Under the pieces are notes generated by a model, which was given only the letters and a program-made list of their open reading frames with translations, was not told the DNA's origin and did no database searches. A stretch of 64,000 nt of DNA from Rotaria socialis (taxonomy: Eukaryota): the NCBI GenBank assembly GCA_905331295.1, contig CAJNYD010000496.1, positions 1 through 64,000 of the forward strand, in the 5' to 3' direction. Shown here piece after piece: positions 1-13,660 of this stretch. Made by a program: the position numbers and the translations under genes. Within the stretch, counting starts at the first letter, position 1. Each line of letters opens with the position of its first letter.

Positions 1-2195
1 GATATCTTAATTAAGGAATGTATTCTGAAAGTTTAATCTAACTATGTCGAACTAGCATTGCCTAAGCTTCATTTTGGTTCTAATAAATCATGGTGTCTAT
101 GTCTGCATGTAGGTTTTCTAGGGTACTCGATTTTAGCAAAAATCGCATTTTTCCGGTTTTTGCAAGTACGCTGGTGCTTCGAGATTTTTATGTACACACC
201 TGAAAATTATTGCACATAGACAACTTTTTATGCTCTATCCAATGGTCTGATTAAGATTTTCAAATTGTGTTCACAAAAACCGAAACTTGTTGGTTTAGTG
301 GATCGGATTTTCTGAAAACCGGATTTTGAGCCCTATCTGGAGGACTTAGCGCATGATTTCGTTAAAAACAAAATATGGTTTCCTACACAACTCGACACGG
401 GCTACAAAACTAGCATGATTAAATCGTGCCTGCAGAAGGTCGTGTATAAAGTGGGCGGACCTGCGTGAAAGCACCCGACTAATGTTTGCTGGTGAATAAA
501 TAACGGTGAATAAAGATTCGGATGGAATGTGTGTGAGTTTCCGGTGTTTTATGGAGTGTCATATATGCAGCTGTTAGTGTAAAATACAATGGTGAATTGA
601 TAATCAGCAGAACGAATCAGTTAAATTTATCTGCGTTAAATTGTCACTATCGAATTTACAACACTTAAGCTTGAAACAGTTATGTTCGACAAGAATTTGC
701 TTAGTTGTTACCGTGTGAGATCCTTTTTTTCTCTTAATAAGAAAGACTTTAAAATACCCCAATTAATGTTTAATTAGCCAGAAAGAACGCCGAAGATCAT
801 GAATCGGCAGTGCAAATTGTTGAAGAGATAAGTGGAAATAATCTTGATGAAAATCAGTAGGAAAATATACAAGTTTTCTATCGTAAGTGAAGTTGCTTAT
901 ATAGAGATCTTTCGGCTGAACAAAGCGGTGATTAAATAGCGTGCACACGGAACGGGGCCATTTTTGTAACCGTTTCTAATTGTGAATCTTTTTAATAATC
1001 GAATCACTAACATTATAACCTGCGACAAAAAGATACAATACTTTATAGTTTAGTGTGCATTGCCCGAGATCTTTCACCTAAAACCCATCGAGAAAGAATT
1101 TCAATTGCCTCAAGTAAAAGGTATAAGAGGAGAAGAAACAAAAAATACGCTGAATTTTACGAACTTTGCTTTTAGCAGGTGTTAGTATAGGATTGAGGAG
1201 ATTGTTTTAAAATGGTTTTTTCGTCAGTGTGTTCATGTGGTGAACTGCTACGTGAGCATGTAATTAGTTGAATATATACACATCGATTATTCGATTGAAG
1301 ATCTATCACCGATGTTTCTTAGAAGGAGATTACATATACTTCAGTCTTTCGGTGTCTATGTATGCGATCAAATGTATTTTTCGATTTAGAGTCAGTTAGG
1401 AAGAAGATATATTAGTGCTTAGCAATAAATATATGATCCTTGTTTGTTTGTGAAAGGACGTAGATAAACGCACAAGTTGAACCCTCATTACCGTCGATGT
1501 TCTGAATTGCGAAGTGGGTTCAGAGTTTTTCTGTACTTTTAGTTATGAATTGGGAAAGATTTTTGTCTATAGCAATTCGTCTAATAAAACTGTTTGAATT
1601 TTTTCAAAGAAGAGCCCAATTTCATAATTAGTAAGTCATGTATATGAGTGTAGTAGTCCGCAGTCAACGAATACTAAATAGTAAGACGGCAATTTAAAAT
1701 CTTGCGCAAGAAAGCGGATTTTCGTTTATTTTGCTTATCTGTTATAGAATGATTTTATAAGCTCTGAGTGAGACACAAATAGGACACTTTAATTATGGAG
1801 TCTTTTGTCGTATTTGTTTCCCTATGACTGAGTCTATTCTGAATGTGGGCGTGGAATAAAGATTTTCTGAGGTTTATTCAAATGATTTCAAATTTTTTCA
1901 ATCTTTCTTGAAATATTTCGCAAGATCTTTCTTTGAAATTGATTTGAAAGATGTTCAAAATTCTCACATGTAGCTCATCTGGTAAGCGGGCAAAGTACTT
2001 GCAGCTGTATTGCCAATGATTTATACCATAATGATGATGGACTACTGGACACATAGCTACTGCTAGTTGAGCTTTTATTGTGATGTTAGTTGATTTTCGA
2101 TCCATATTACTACTAAAAGTGTTATGACTAGAATAAACTAGCTATGTTAATGTGTGCTGTTCAATTATAGGACCAATGACATCTATTTATGAATA

Positions 2196-2353
2196 CCCAG
2201 GTCGAACAGTACGGTCCGTATACAGCCATTGACGGTCACTTTACGACTATTTTACGGGCGAAATTTTGCCGTAATATCTGGCGCAGTAATACGGACCGTA
2301 TTATCATGAGAGTACGGAGCACAAACAGCCGTAAACCATGAAAATTCAGTCCC
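2196..2353 (+). mobile_element. CCCAGG-terminal non-autonomous DNA transposon (CMC/EnSpm-like), runs into the N-gap
   Basis: Starts TA|CCCAGGTCGAAC. A close reverse-complement copy lies at ~46717-46891. Confidence 0.75.
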
Positions 2354-4078
2354 NNNNNNNNNNNNNNNNNNNNNNNNNNNNNNNNNNNNNNNNNNNNNNN
2401 NNNNNNNNNNNNNNNNNNNNNNNNNNNNNNNNNNNNNNNNNNNNNNNNNNNNNNNNNNNNNNNNNNNNNNNNNNNNNNNNNNNNNNNNNNNNNNNNNNNN
2501 NNNNNNNNNNNNNNNNNNNNNNNNNNNNNNNNNNNNNNNNNNNNNNNNNNNNNNNNNNNNNNNNNNNNNNNNNNNNNNNNNNNNNNNNNNNNNNNNNNNN
2601 NNNNNNNNNNNNNNNNNNNNNNNNNNNNNNNNNNNNNNNNNNNNNNNNNNNNNNNNNNNNNNNNNNNNNNNNNNNNNNNNNNNNNNNNNNNNNNNNNNNN
2701 NNNNNNNNNNNNNNNNNNNNNNNNNNNNNNNNNNNNNNNNNNNNNNNNNNNNNNNNNNNNNNNNNNNNNNNNNNNNNNNNNNNNNNNNNNNNNNNNNNNN
2801 NNNNNNNNNNNNNNNNNNNNNNNNNNNNNNNNNNNNNNNNNNNNNNNNNNNNNNNNNNNNNNNNNNNNNNNNNNNNNNNNNNNNNNNNNNNNNNNNNNNN
2901 NNNNNNNNNNNNNNNNNNNNNNNNNNNNNNNNNNNNNNNNNNNNNNNNNNNNNNNNNNNNNNNNNNNNNNNNNNNNNNNNNNNNNNNNNNNNNNNNNNNN
3001 NNNNNNNNNNNNNNNNCCAGTTCATTAAAAATAAGAGAACAATGCAAACTCTACCAATCGATAACTTTGATGTACTTGAATCATGATGGAATCATTATTA
3101 ATACAAAACTGATTACAAATGATTCAGATCAACACAGGTTGGTTACGAGTTCCAATATTAACACACAAAATAATTCATTACACTTGATGCTTATTTTAAA
3201 GTTTCTGCATAGGTTGTGATCCAATTTAAGGGTGTTAATGCACGAAATTATGTCATTTTTTAATTTTTTCCTTCTTATTATAGATTCGTTTTGAACAATA
3301 ATTACCCAGAAGTATTTTTCTAATCTATTTCTATGCATGTTTTGTGCTTCTACATATAGCTACATAAGATGATGACCTACTTCAAACTATTATCAACTGT
3401 TATCAATTTAGACCACAAATGTCAAAGATATGAACAATTATTTCAATGTAAAAAAATACTGTCATTCGCTCTAGGTTTTATAAATTGCTGATAGCTATTG
3501 TTTAAAAATACTCAAATGCTACACACATAAAGTGAGAAAATAATAATTTAATTTTAACTCCTATGTTAGCTATCTTAGTATCAGATAGAGTAAACACATA
3601 CGAAAATATGACCAATTAAACTGTGATCATCCTATTCGTATTCCATGGTTTTAATCCAATTTTAATGGGGTTTATGTCAAAAGTAATTGTTAATACATTA
3701 AGTATATCAAATTAAGGAAACTTAGTTAGATTAGCAATGTATAGTAAAAATTTTATGTGATAGAATCGACAATAAGATCCAGTTAAATTCATTAATTTAT
3801 TGATTTCAGTCTAAATATGTTGCTTAGTCCACGTTCTGTGATGCTTTTTGAAAAGTTGGTTCCAATCCAACTCTAAGCAGTGATTCTGCAGATTCCTACT
3901 TCCAATAAGAAATATTTACTTATCGTTGAAATTCACAGCTTTTTTTTTCAATTAGAAAGAGGAGGTATCGAATAATTCCTAATCGCCGGATCCGGTTGGT
4001 TGGACGGTGCAATCCGGATTCCATACCCGGATTGAAAACGGTCAGATCCTGGCTACGTATCTAGATCGGAAACTATTA

Positions 4079-4364
4079 CCCAGGACGATGTTTCCGGCCT
4101 CCGGAAATGAGCGGATTTAATTGGAACCGGCCAAGAACATGCAGGAAACGCACCGGAGGGTGCAGGAAAACGCTGGATATCCCCGGACCTTGGAAGCAGT
4201 ACTCCGGGACGGATTTCTCCGGTGATTTCGGACGGAAACCAACAGGAACTTGGCGGAACTTACAGGAAAAATCCGAAGATTTCCCGGTCCGGAATACTGC
4301 TTCCGTGAAATTGCGGGAATGCGCGGGAACCGACCGTTTCCCGGGCCGGTTGCTTGGACCTGGG
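4079..4364. mobile_element. CMC/EnSpm-like MITE, 286 bp
   Basis: TA|CCCAGG...CCTGGG|TA, GC-rich. An inverted copy lies at 54219-54483. Confidence 0.85.
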
Positions 4365-4974
4365 TAACTCAATTTTTTATAATTCAACGAAACGTTTTCA
4401 TCCTTTACTTTCTATACATTTTTGACAAGTGTCAGATTATATAGGAGATCATATAGAAACAAATGCTGATGAAATATAACTAATCTGATAAATTTGATGA
4501 TAGTCATTGCTTATATTACTCAGGTTTATTCACATTCATATATCACAGAATAAAATGGCTTTTCAAACAATCTGGTTCAGATGTTTGCCTGAATTTTTTT
4601 TAAATAATCACAGACGAAGAATTTGAATTTTTTGAAAGTCTCACAAAACTTCAGTTGCTTATAAAATCTTGAAAACAGCTGTAATGTTTTCCAAAAAAAA
4701 ATTCGTTCGACATTTTTATTAGCATGATCATTGGTTTTGAAAGTAACCATTGAAGAACTGACATAAAATAAATAATATTTTCTTTGAAAAATGAGATAAA
4801 AGAAAAAACTAATTACGTTTTAAATAATTATTCGAAATACAATATTGAATATTCCATTTAATAGAGGGCGACATAAAAATGGGTACCACCCGATGACTCA
4901 TCAAGTGTCGTTTTTATTGTTGATAAAAATTCGTTCGTTATTTATTTGTGAAAAACGCTAAAAGGAAAAAAGTT

Positions 4975-6142
4975 ATGTCTGGCATCGCTTTTGAACAACC
5001 TGCTGGTGGGTTCGTCTTTGATAATTGTCGCCGGTAATAATTTATTCCTTGAAATATTTTAATTACTTTCATTTTTTCGTTCAGAAATGATATTTTATTG
5101 AAAAATAATGTTCTACCTGGTAAAATTCATAAAACTGGTACAACAATTGCTGCTATTACATATAAGGTATGTAATTAAAATATTTCTATAAGAATTCAGA
5201 TCAACTTATAATTTAACAAAATAGGATGGTGTTGTCATTGCTGCTGATAGTCGATGTACAGCAGGAAATATAATATTTGATGATAATGTATTAAAAATAC
5301 ATCGTTTATCGGATAATATCTATGCACTTGGTGCCGGAACATCAGCTGATTGTGATTTTCAAACACGTTTACTTGAATCTCAACTTGAATTACTGAAATT
5401 GAATCAAGATCGACAAGTTCGTGTTGCAACAGCTGTTAGAAAAATACAACAACATCTCTTCAGGTTTCTTTTTTCTTATGATTTTAATTATAAAATTCTA
5501 AATTTTTATATTAGATATCGAGGCTATATCGGTGCTTATTTGATTATTGTTGGTGTCGATGTAACTGGCTCTCATATAGCAACAGTTCATCCTCATGGAA
5601 GTATCGCGTTTTTACCGTTTGTGGCTTCAGGTTAAATTCTTTCTTTCTTTCTTTCTTAATGTTATTAATAAAAATATAAAATTTAGGTTCTGGTGGATAT
5701 ACATCATTATCTGTTATTGAAGATCGTTATAAAGAAAATATGACAGTAAATTGAATTGAATTGAATTTTTCTGAAGTTAATATTTATCTTTTAAAGGAAG
5801 ATGAAGCAAAACAATTAGTACGTGATGCGCTCTATGCATCGACAACAACAGATTTATATTCAGGAAGTAAAATTAATATGTTTGTATTAACAAAAGAAAA
5901 ATTGGATAAATTTTTACCATACGAAATTGTAGCTGCTCGTACTGAAAAGTGAATATATCTCAATTTTTCGATGTTGTATTAAATTAAAATTTTCGTTATT
6001 TCTCGTTTTCAGACAGGCTGATTATACATTAGCCAAAGGAACAACTGAAGTTATATCAACAAATGTAAAAAAGATCGAATTTGACATAGTTAATGAAAAA
6101 GTCAAAGCAACAGGAGCTCATGAAGCTATGGAACTTGCTTAA
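4975..6142 (+). CDS. PSMB7: Proteasome subunit beta type-7 (beta-2), 7 exons
   Basis: Spliced translation MSGIAFEQPAGGFVFDNCRR...KTG|TTIAAITYKDGVVIAADSRCT...LKIH...GAGTSADCD...RYRGYIGAYLI...GSG...DLYSGSKIN. Thr1, Asp17 and Lys33 are present. Approximate exons: 4975-5033, 5085-5166, 5225-5463, 5515-5631, 5687-5745, 5797-5949, 6013-6142. Confidence 0.93.
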
Positions 6143-7615
6143 TCATTTTAATACAATTAGACAAGAAACTCTTTGATTTTTTTTTCTTTACTTTCAAAAA
6201 CATTGTTAAACATTCAACTTTATTAACAAAAGGTTCTTTTAAAAATAAATTCTGCTGTTGTTTGTCAAATCGTTTCAGTTTTTGTTTGTCGTCTATGAAT
6301 TATTCATACAATGATGTACATAATCTTAATTATTATTCTTGTTCCAAAAATATAGTGAAACTAATAATTGGTGTCGTCGATTGAGAAATCTTTTTTATAG
6401 TATGGTCTTTTTGTTGTCGTTCTCCATAGAGAATATCTGAAATGATAAATTTAGTGAATTATCTAAAAATTGCGATTAACAGAAAAAAAACTAAAAGAAA
6501 ATGATAGAGATTCACTAGACATGTATTAATAATTGAATAAAATCAATTGATATTGATAACACTGTTAATTGAAGGAATTTAGAATGATTATGTTGACAAA
6601 GTTTGTCATCAAAAATGAATATCAAAATCTAATTAGAATAGTGAATTCGGGATCAAATATATTATTTTAACATCTGTTTGATTATATTTACTTAAGAAAA
6701 AGTATTCAACCTGAAAAGTACCATGATGAATTCTAATTACAACATTATTAGCATCGCACTGTTTCTATTCTTATCTATGCATCAATACTGTTTATCGTTA
6801 AATGTCGAGAAGAAGCACACTATCATTCGAAATCATCAAAAATATTATTGAATGTAAAGCATATTTCTTTTATCTTTATGTTTTGAATAAGTCCTTTATA
6901 AAAGTTCCATTTTAGAAAAAATAAAAGAACCGTCATAAATAGAATTTTATCACATACGCATGAATGACAATTTTTATTTCAAAGATCGTCTATCAATATA
7001 AACATGTAATTAGTAGCTTATCAAATTTATTAAAGTTGTCACATATATACTGAGTGATTTATTTATTTTGATTACATACAATATTTTATTTTATTTGATG
7101 ATGTTATGCAAATTTTTGAAGTTAAATTTGACAAAGAATATATATTCTCTGTTTTTCCCCTATTATCATTTGCGTTTCTTTTAAACTTCTATAGATTCTT
7201 TGCGAAAAAAGTAGAAGACAATGGCCGACTAGTTTTTTAACTTCCGTACAAATGAAGAGAATATTCGATTATAGATTATTTTTACTTAGAAAGCGATTAT
7301 TATCGCATTTATGTTGAATAACATTCTTTTTTAAGTTCACTTAAGATGAATAAATTGTTTATAGAATGATGTTTTAAATTCCTATGAATCTTGTTTCTAC
7401 AAGTCTTTTTCTGAGCGCTTTTTTAACATCGCCTGTAAGTCGTCGTCCATAATGTTCTTCGTCTTTACTTGTTAATATTTATCTTATGTTATTCTTTTAA
7501 AAACGACAAATTCATTAGTTTCATTAATTCTTCTTCTGATTTGTCAGTTTTCACCTATGAACTGTCAACTTAACCTTTTATCTTTCTTTTATATTAATGA
7601 ATATAAAATATATCG

Positions 7616-8580
7616 ATGGCCCCTGATAGTACAGCTATACTACTAGAAATTTCACAGAATTTATATGATTGGGGCAGTTTAATCATACTTTTAATTGAGA
7701 CTGTCGGAAATGTAATTGATATAATCTCATTTATTCGTCTTGAAAGCCTCAATACATGGGTCAGTTCTTTATTTCTTTTGGCTTCCTTTATTGACAGTTA
7801 GTTTGTCTTGTTGATAGCAACTCTTTTATGAGTCATTTACAGCTTGACTGCACGCGATTCATTATTTACTTCATTATTTCTTTGTAAAGCTCGTTGGATG
7901 GTGGACCCAGCAAGTGGTGCTTTCTCATTGACTTGTGTTAGTCTAGCTGTTGTGGATCGATACATTTTGGTACGAACTCAATATTGTGCAAAGATTACAT
8001 TAAATCAAGCACGTTTAGCTATTATTCTTGCTGCAATATTTTGGTTAGGATTTTTTCAATCTACGCTATTTTCTTCATTGCACCAAACCCAGGTGCCTGT
8101 CAGTTGGTCAATCCTATAATGATTCAGTTGATGCCTTTTATTAGCCTATTCGTCTACAGTGTCATTCCAATAACAGTACTTTCCGTTCTTTGCTGTTTAA
8201 TTTGGAATACTGTTGGTCAATTACCTGCAATATATTTACATGGTGGTATTCGTTGACAAGATCAGGTAATACGTATGATTATTGCACAAATTATTGTTGC
8301 TATTGTTACCAGCTTACCAACTGCTGCGCATTCAATCTATACAATTTCTACAGGAACAATCAGCAAAAGTGCATTGCGTTTGGCAATAGAAACATTAGTT
8401 AATACAGTGTGTGTTCTTATCGACTTTCTCACGCATGCAATTATGTTTTATATTTATATGATTGCTTGACCTAGTTTTTATCAGAATGTAAAAACTATGT
8501 TTCATGTGGCATTTCAACGTATTGCACCAAGACGAACACGATTATTGATTAATCCACAAGTGATTGCTCCTGCGATTTAA
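7616..8580 (+). pseudogene. Intronless rhodopsin-like GPCR pseudogene
   Basis: Hydrophobic helices, a TM1 GN motif (TVGNVI), CKARW and AVVDRY. In-frame stops at 7799, 7828, 8254 and 8467, and a frameshift near 8050. Confidence 0.8.
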
Positions 8581-11500
8581 AACATGTTTAAATACTTTTT
8601 TGCATAAAGTGCAAAATATTAATAAAATTAATGTTCACAAAGTTTCATTTAATGAACGTATTGCCATAATTTGTAATGAGAACATTCTCTCATACTCAGA
8701 TACTCATTATTTGAATATGTGCAGATAATGATAAAAATATCACGACTGCAACGACCAGCATGATGAACAATTACGATAATACGTTTGCACGTCGAGAAAA
8801 AATTAATTTATTATAGAAAAGATAAAATTTTGCTAAAGAACATTAGAATTTTTAGTTCTTCTAAAATAACTTTAAATATTTGCGAAAAAAATATAAACTT
8901 TATTATTTTTCTATATCAACAATAGAAGATTTGAGCATCGTCTTTTTTATGGATCATACTTAATACTATATTATAATTAGTTGTACTGTACGACAAAGAT
9001 ATTCGCTCATCCGTTTTATCACAGTTATATGCTTCAGAAGAGTTAATTGATTCAGTAATCGCATAATCTTTAGAGACACATGAATATCATTTTTTCTGTC
9101 TACTTCATCGATGTTTAAATCAACCAAGTCACCTATTTCAATTGCATTTGAATTCTTACACATCCAAAATTTGAGCTTGATTTTAGGACTGTAACCAGAA
9201 AATATTCATAAGGACGACTCGGTTCTCAGTTTTCAAAAGTTGAATAGCAGTGATTTGACTTCTACTTGAAATCAAGTCAAACATCAAAACATACCTAATT
9301 AACGCGGTATGCTTATAATTACTATTGTTATGATTAATGGAAACAAGTTTGTAATCCATTTGAAAATCACGTTCAAGTGACAGCATATATATACAATGAT
9401 CACTTAATTATTTGTCTGCCATTATATTCCCTACGTATGTTTTAATTCATTTCATTTTGAAAGAAAACACTCAGATGTTGAAGATGATACTGAAATAGTA
9501 TTAAATAGTCATTTCTATGGGTGCTTTTTAAGATATACATTGCTCTAACTCTACACTAATTGGTGTATGCCAATGTTTGCGTAGTATTATATGTCTGAAA
9601 AAGTTCAAAGAACATGCTAATATTATCTATCTCCTTTTATCATATTCGCTTGAGATATAGTGAGTGAGATAGGCGATAGACTCCATCTGAAATCTGCTTA
9701 TATACTAGACCCAAAAATGTTTTTTACATGTGCATATTTATTTCATTCTAATCTCCTATAGATTCTACAGAATGTAAATAACATATTTTTAGTTTGCCTA
9801 GAGGAAAATCTGAAATATTGAGTTCATATAATATTTCCTTTGACAGATATTTAACAAAAGGAAAGAAAAACATTTTTGGCTACTGATAGAAATCATCAGG
9901 GATCATTCCAGACATAATAGATGTATAATAAAAATACCTGTAAGTGGTTGAAAAATATGAAATTTGATCATAATCCATTAAAAATGATTGAAAGTCAACA
10001 CTAGCAAACTTAAGTTAGTTGTTTTTTCTTGCATAAACAATGCAGTTCGTATTTTACATTTATATTTTTTGCATAATTTCAAAAATTTTAGTAAAAAAGA
10101 TGACAAGACAATGATTGAAATGTAGATCTAATTAGATATACACTGGCATTCTTAATATTGAACTATATGATTCTTTTGTAAGTTGTTAGTCATTGAGTTG
10201 ATTGTGTTTCAATATTTATTTATTCTCTTGACTTTAGCGATATATTATTTGAAGAGGAATCTACTGAATTTTAAATACTTCTATCTGGCAACTCGATTTT
10301 CATGACTTTACGATGAGATTTTTATTTTTATTTGCTCCTTATTAAGCAGAAGCTGGTTTCATCTCGAAAATATTCTAGACACGCTATTCTCAATCCTACA
10401 CTCACATCCAATCTAAGAAATTTGATTAAAAGAAAAATGTTCTAAATAATTGTTATATTCGAATGAGATTCAAATGAAAAATTTGATCCAGCCATATATT
10501 AAATATTTGCCGTTACTCCGACTTCAACTTCAACTTTGACTGTATCCAAGTCGCACTCTCTCATGTGTCAAAGAAGCACTTTACTATGACTATTTTAGTG
10601 TCATAATAACTATGGCATATTTCCTTTGTTCTAACTAAACTGTTCTGAAAGTAAGTGTTACATTCTAGAATAGTAATTAACACCGATAATGCTCTATACG
10701 CGAGAAAAAGTGAACCCTTCATAATGTATAGTGTGAAATCAAGGTAGCCTTCAACAAAACAGTTGTTAATAATTATGGAGAAGTATTATCTTATTACATA
10801 TGTACAAGGTTTTATTTTTTGCAAGCAAAGAATACGAATACAAGTGTAAAGAAGTGAAAACAATGTATAGGATAGTACTATAGAGGAGCTATCAATAACT
10901 TAGAATCAAGAGTTCAAGAGATAACAACAGATAAGACCAAAAAAGACGTATGAATTTGAAGACAATAAAATGCAGAAAATCTATAGATTGATTGATTGAT
11001 GAAAATGTAACAAAAGAAAATATAGCTATAGTTTTAATACATGTACATATATCAAAGTACCATAAAAAGTATACGATGCAAGCGATCATATACAAGTAGT
11101 GATACTATCTAGCAATTCTTTTAGACATCTTTAGCTAGGACTTGTGATGAAACCAGTATACACGTTCAAAAACAAAGCAATATGCTTTGATCAATATGGT
11201 TAACTGCTGTTGAATAAATTATGTGAACTACATACAAATAGAATGAACAAGAAAACTTTCACAATTGTATTAAAACGCGTTAGATTGATGAGAGTTCTAT
11301 TAATATTTTCGAGAGATTCAACTTGATTTCGTGATTATATGAGAAGCTGTTGCAATATTTGCTGATTATTCATTTTTTCATGCTCATGCTTATTATTGTG
11401 GTTTATTTCTTCGAAGGGTTTAGTTTCATTGAAATGCTGTCGATGCAAAATAGTAATATATTCAATAAATTCCTCCTTTGTAAGTATTTGCAAATCATTA

Positions 11501-12359
11501 TCACTCATACGAAACAAACCTTGACAATTATGTATGGAAGTGTTTCGATCTCTGTGCGTAGTTTCATTAATTATTGATTTATTCGTTTCTGAAACAAGTA
11601 AAATTTAAAAATATAAACAATGATAAGAGTAGAATATATGTTAGAACGTATCATTGGATATCGTTTTGTGCAAAATCAGCTTGTCTACTTTAGACTAACT
11701 GCCAATATGAAGATAATTGAAGAATGTTGAAATTTATTTTAAGACTTTTCTCGTAGCTTGTCAATTTTGCTCTTGTTTTCATTATGGAAAAAGAAAGTTG
11801 CAGCCGTAAAATTAAAAAAACAATTCTTCATTACTGATTTTAAAAGAGAAAACAAATAATGAAGAAATACTTTGCTAAGTATATATTTAACGTCTTTTGT
11901 TTTCATTAAGAAAAAATCGAATCTTTCTGAAAACTAAACCAATAAAAATCGTGCCGTTAATTTGTTCGCTTTCAATGTTTTCTTACTGAAATCACAATCA
12001 CAATAAATAGAATATAAAATTCTTTTTAGACTGTTAAACCGTAGCAAAATAGAAGTTGTTTTTGCTCGATTTCTTGATTGACTACGTATTTGAGTAATAA
12101 TGTAACTAATATTTGAATTTAGAAACAGGTTTTTGATCTATAACATTATTGTAGTGCTCAAAGGTTTTAAACAAAATGTTTGATGCCTAATATACGAAGT
12201 CGGAACAGAAAATAAAGTTCTTAAAAACAAATATGTTGATGAAGAAAAATCTTGTATTCATCCTGCATATGCGCTCCTTTTTTATTCTACAGAGGACATT
12301 TATTTCTTTATCGATGATGCACAGTCATGGCATCATTTTTATTACATCTAGAAAGCAGA

Positions 12360-13660
12360 TGACTTTTCTCAGTCATGTTGGTCAATGACTATCAGAAGAA
12401 TGCACTCTCAAGCTCTTGTCATAACTTCACTGACAACTATGAATAAAAACTACTCTCGATCAAAGATCACGATTGGCAATCCAATAAGCTTTCTATTAGA
12501 TAATGCAGTAGGAACATTCATTTACCAGCTTTTCCTTGATCTTCACTCTGAATAGCTTCAATTTCAGCGATCAATTCTTCAAAAGCTTGGTCAAAACTAT
12601 TCGATGATGAGAAGTCAATATATAATTGATCCGATATACGAATTATTTGCATATTTGATGTCTTATTATGTCTGTATTAAGTGAACGATACAGACAGATA
12701 TGGATGATTTTAATTTATGAATGATCCAATTGCAATATCAACAGAGCCTTGTGGTTCAAATGATGCTTCCATGAGGCATGGAATGAATTTAATATGTTTA
12801 TTAACTGTGTACAGAACCTCTAAATAAATTTTAATATTAGTGAGAAATAAGATACAGGAGAATATTTCTATAGAACAAAAGTTAGCTCGTATGCAATAAT
12901 AACTCTGACGGTATTGATGATTGAACCAGACAAGAACAGCGAGCGAGCTTTCAATTTCTCGAGCCATTGCTTCATGTATACCTCCATGTAATTTAGTTTT
13001 GTCCATCCATACTTTATGATTTCAATTCTATGAATGAAAATTATTATACATATTTGTATACATAAAATCGTGTATATTAACCTGAAGTATAATACATATT
13101 TTTTCACAGACTTCTAAAAATGACTCGCGAAAGTAACTTATCATGATATGTTGTTGTATTTTTGATTTCTTTGGTTCACTATCAACAATTTTGGAGGACA
13201 CTTGAGTCTTCGATTGATCTACAATGAAATAATTAAAGTAATTCCAATCTATGATAGTTTCTCTCTTTATATTGTATACTCCATAATGTTGAATATTGTT
13301 GTATCGTATCACTCTGTTTATCAATTGACACTTCATCGACACTTGTAGTGCTATGGATATTTGTTTTATTCGAATCCAAGTGTGACACTTGCACATTTGA
13401 AGCTGAACAATCAATAGAATAAACATGTTCATTTAATCATGGTATATTGTCATCAGTGAGCAACGTTGTTTGTGCAGGGAGCACGGTCAACTCCGTTGAA
13501 GTTCCTGTATCATCATCTGACAAAAATAGTTGATTGAAGTAATTATTATTGGTTTCTATCAGAATGAATAAGTGATGAAATAAAAACTTGTGATCCAATA
13601 CGATTACTTACTGACACTTGAGTCAGTAGGTTGCGCTGAATTATTCGTATCATCAGTCAT
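12360..13660 (-). pseudogene. TIR_2-domain gene, disrupted
   Basis: Spliced pieces read HIMISY...CEKI...VWMDKTKLHGGIHEAMAREIESS...YRQSYYC...EVLY...IPCLMEASFEPQG...LYIDFSSSNSFDQAFEELIAEI, a TIR_2 pattern. In-frame TGA stops near 13437 and 13022. The 3' end is uncertain. Confidence 0.7.

Noticed and set aside
120..480. Relatively GC-rich, transposon-like stretch at the window start
   Set aside because: No second copy, TIR pair or TSD could be established within the window.
2252..3219. Long ORFs at 2.3-3.2 kb (likewise 28.1-28.7 kb and 52.4-52.9 kb)
   Set aside because: Artefacts of translating through N-gaps.
4076..4444. GC-rich short ORFs here and at 53672-54540 and 28650-28850
   Set aside because: They lie within MITEs, are open on both strands and show no protein motifs.
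11100..11800. Coiled-coil-like ORF fragments on the minus strand
   Set aside because: Interrupted by stops and cannot be assigned to a family.
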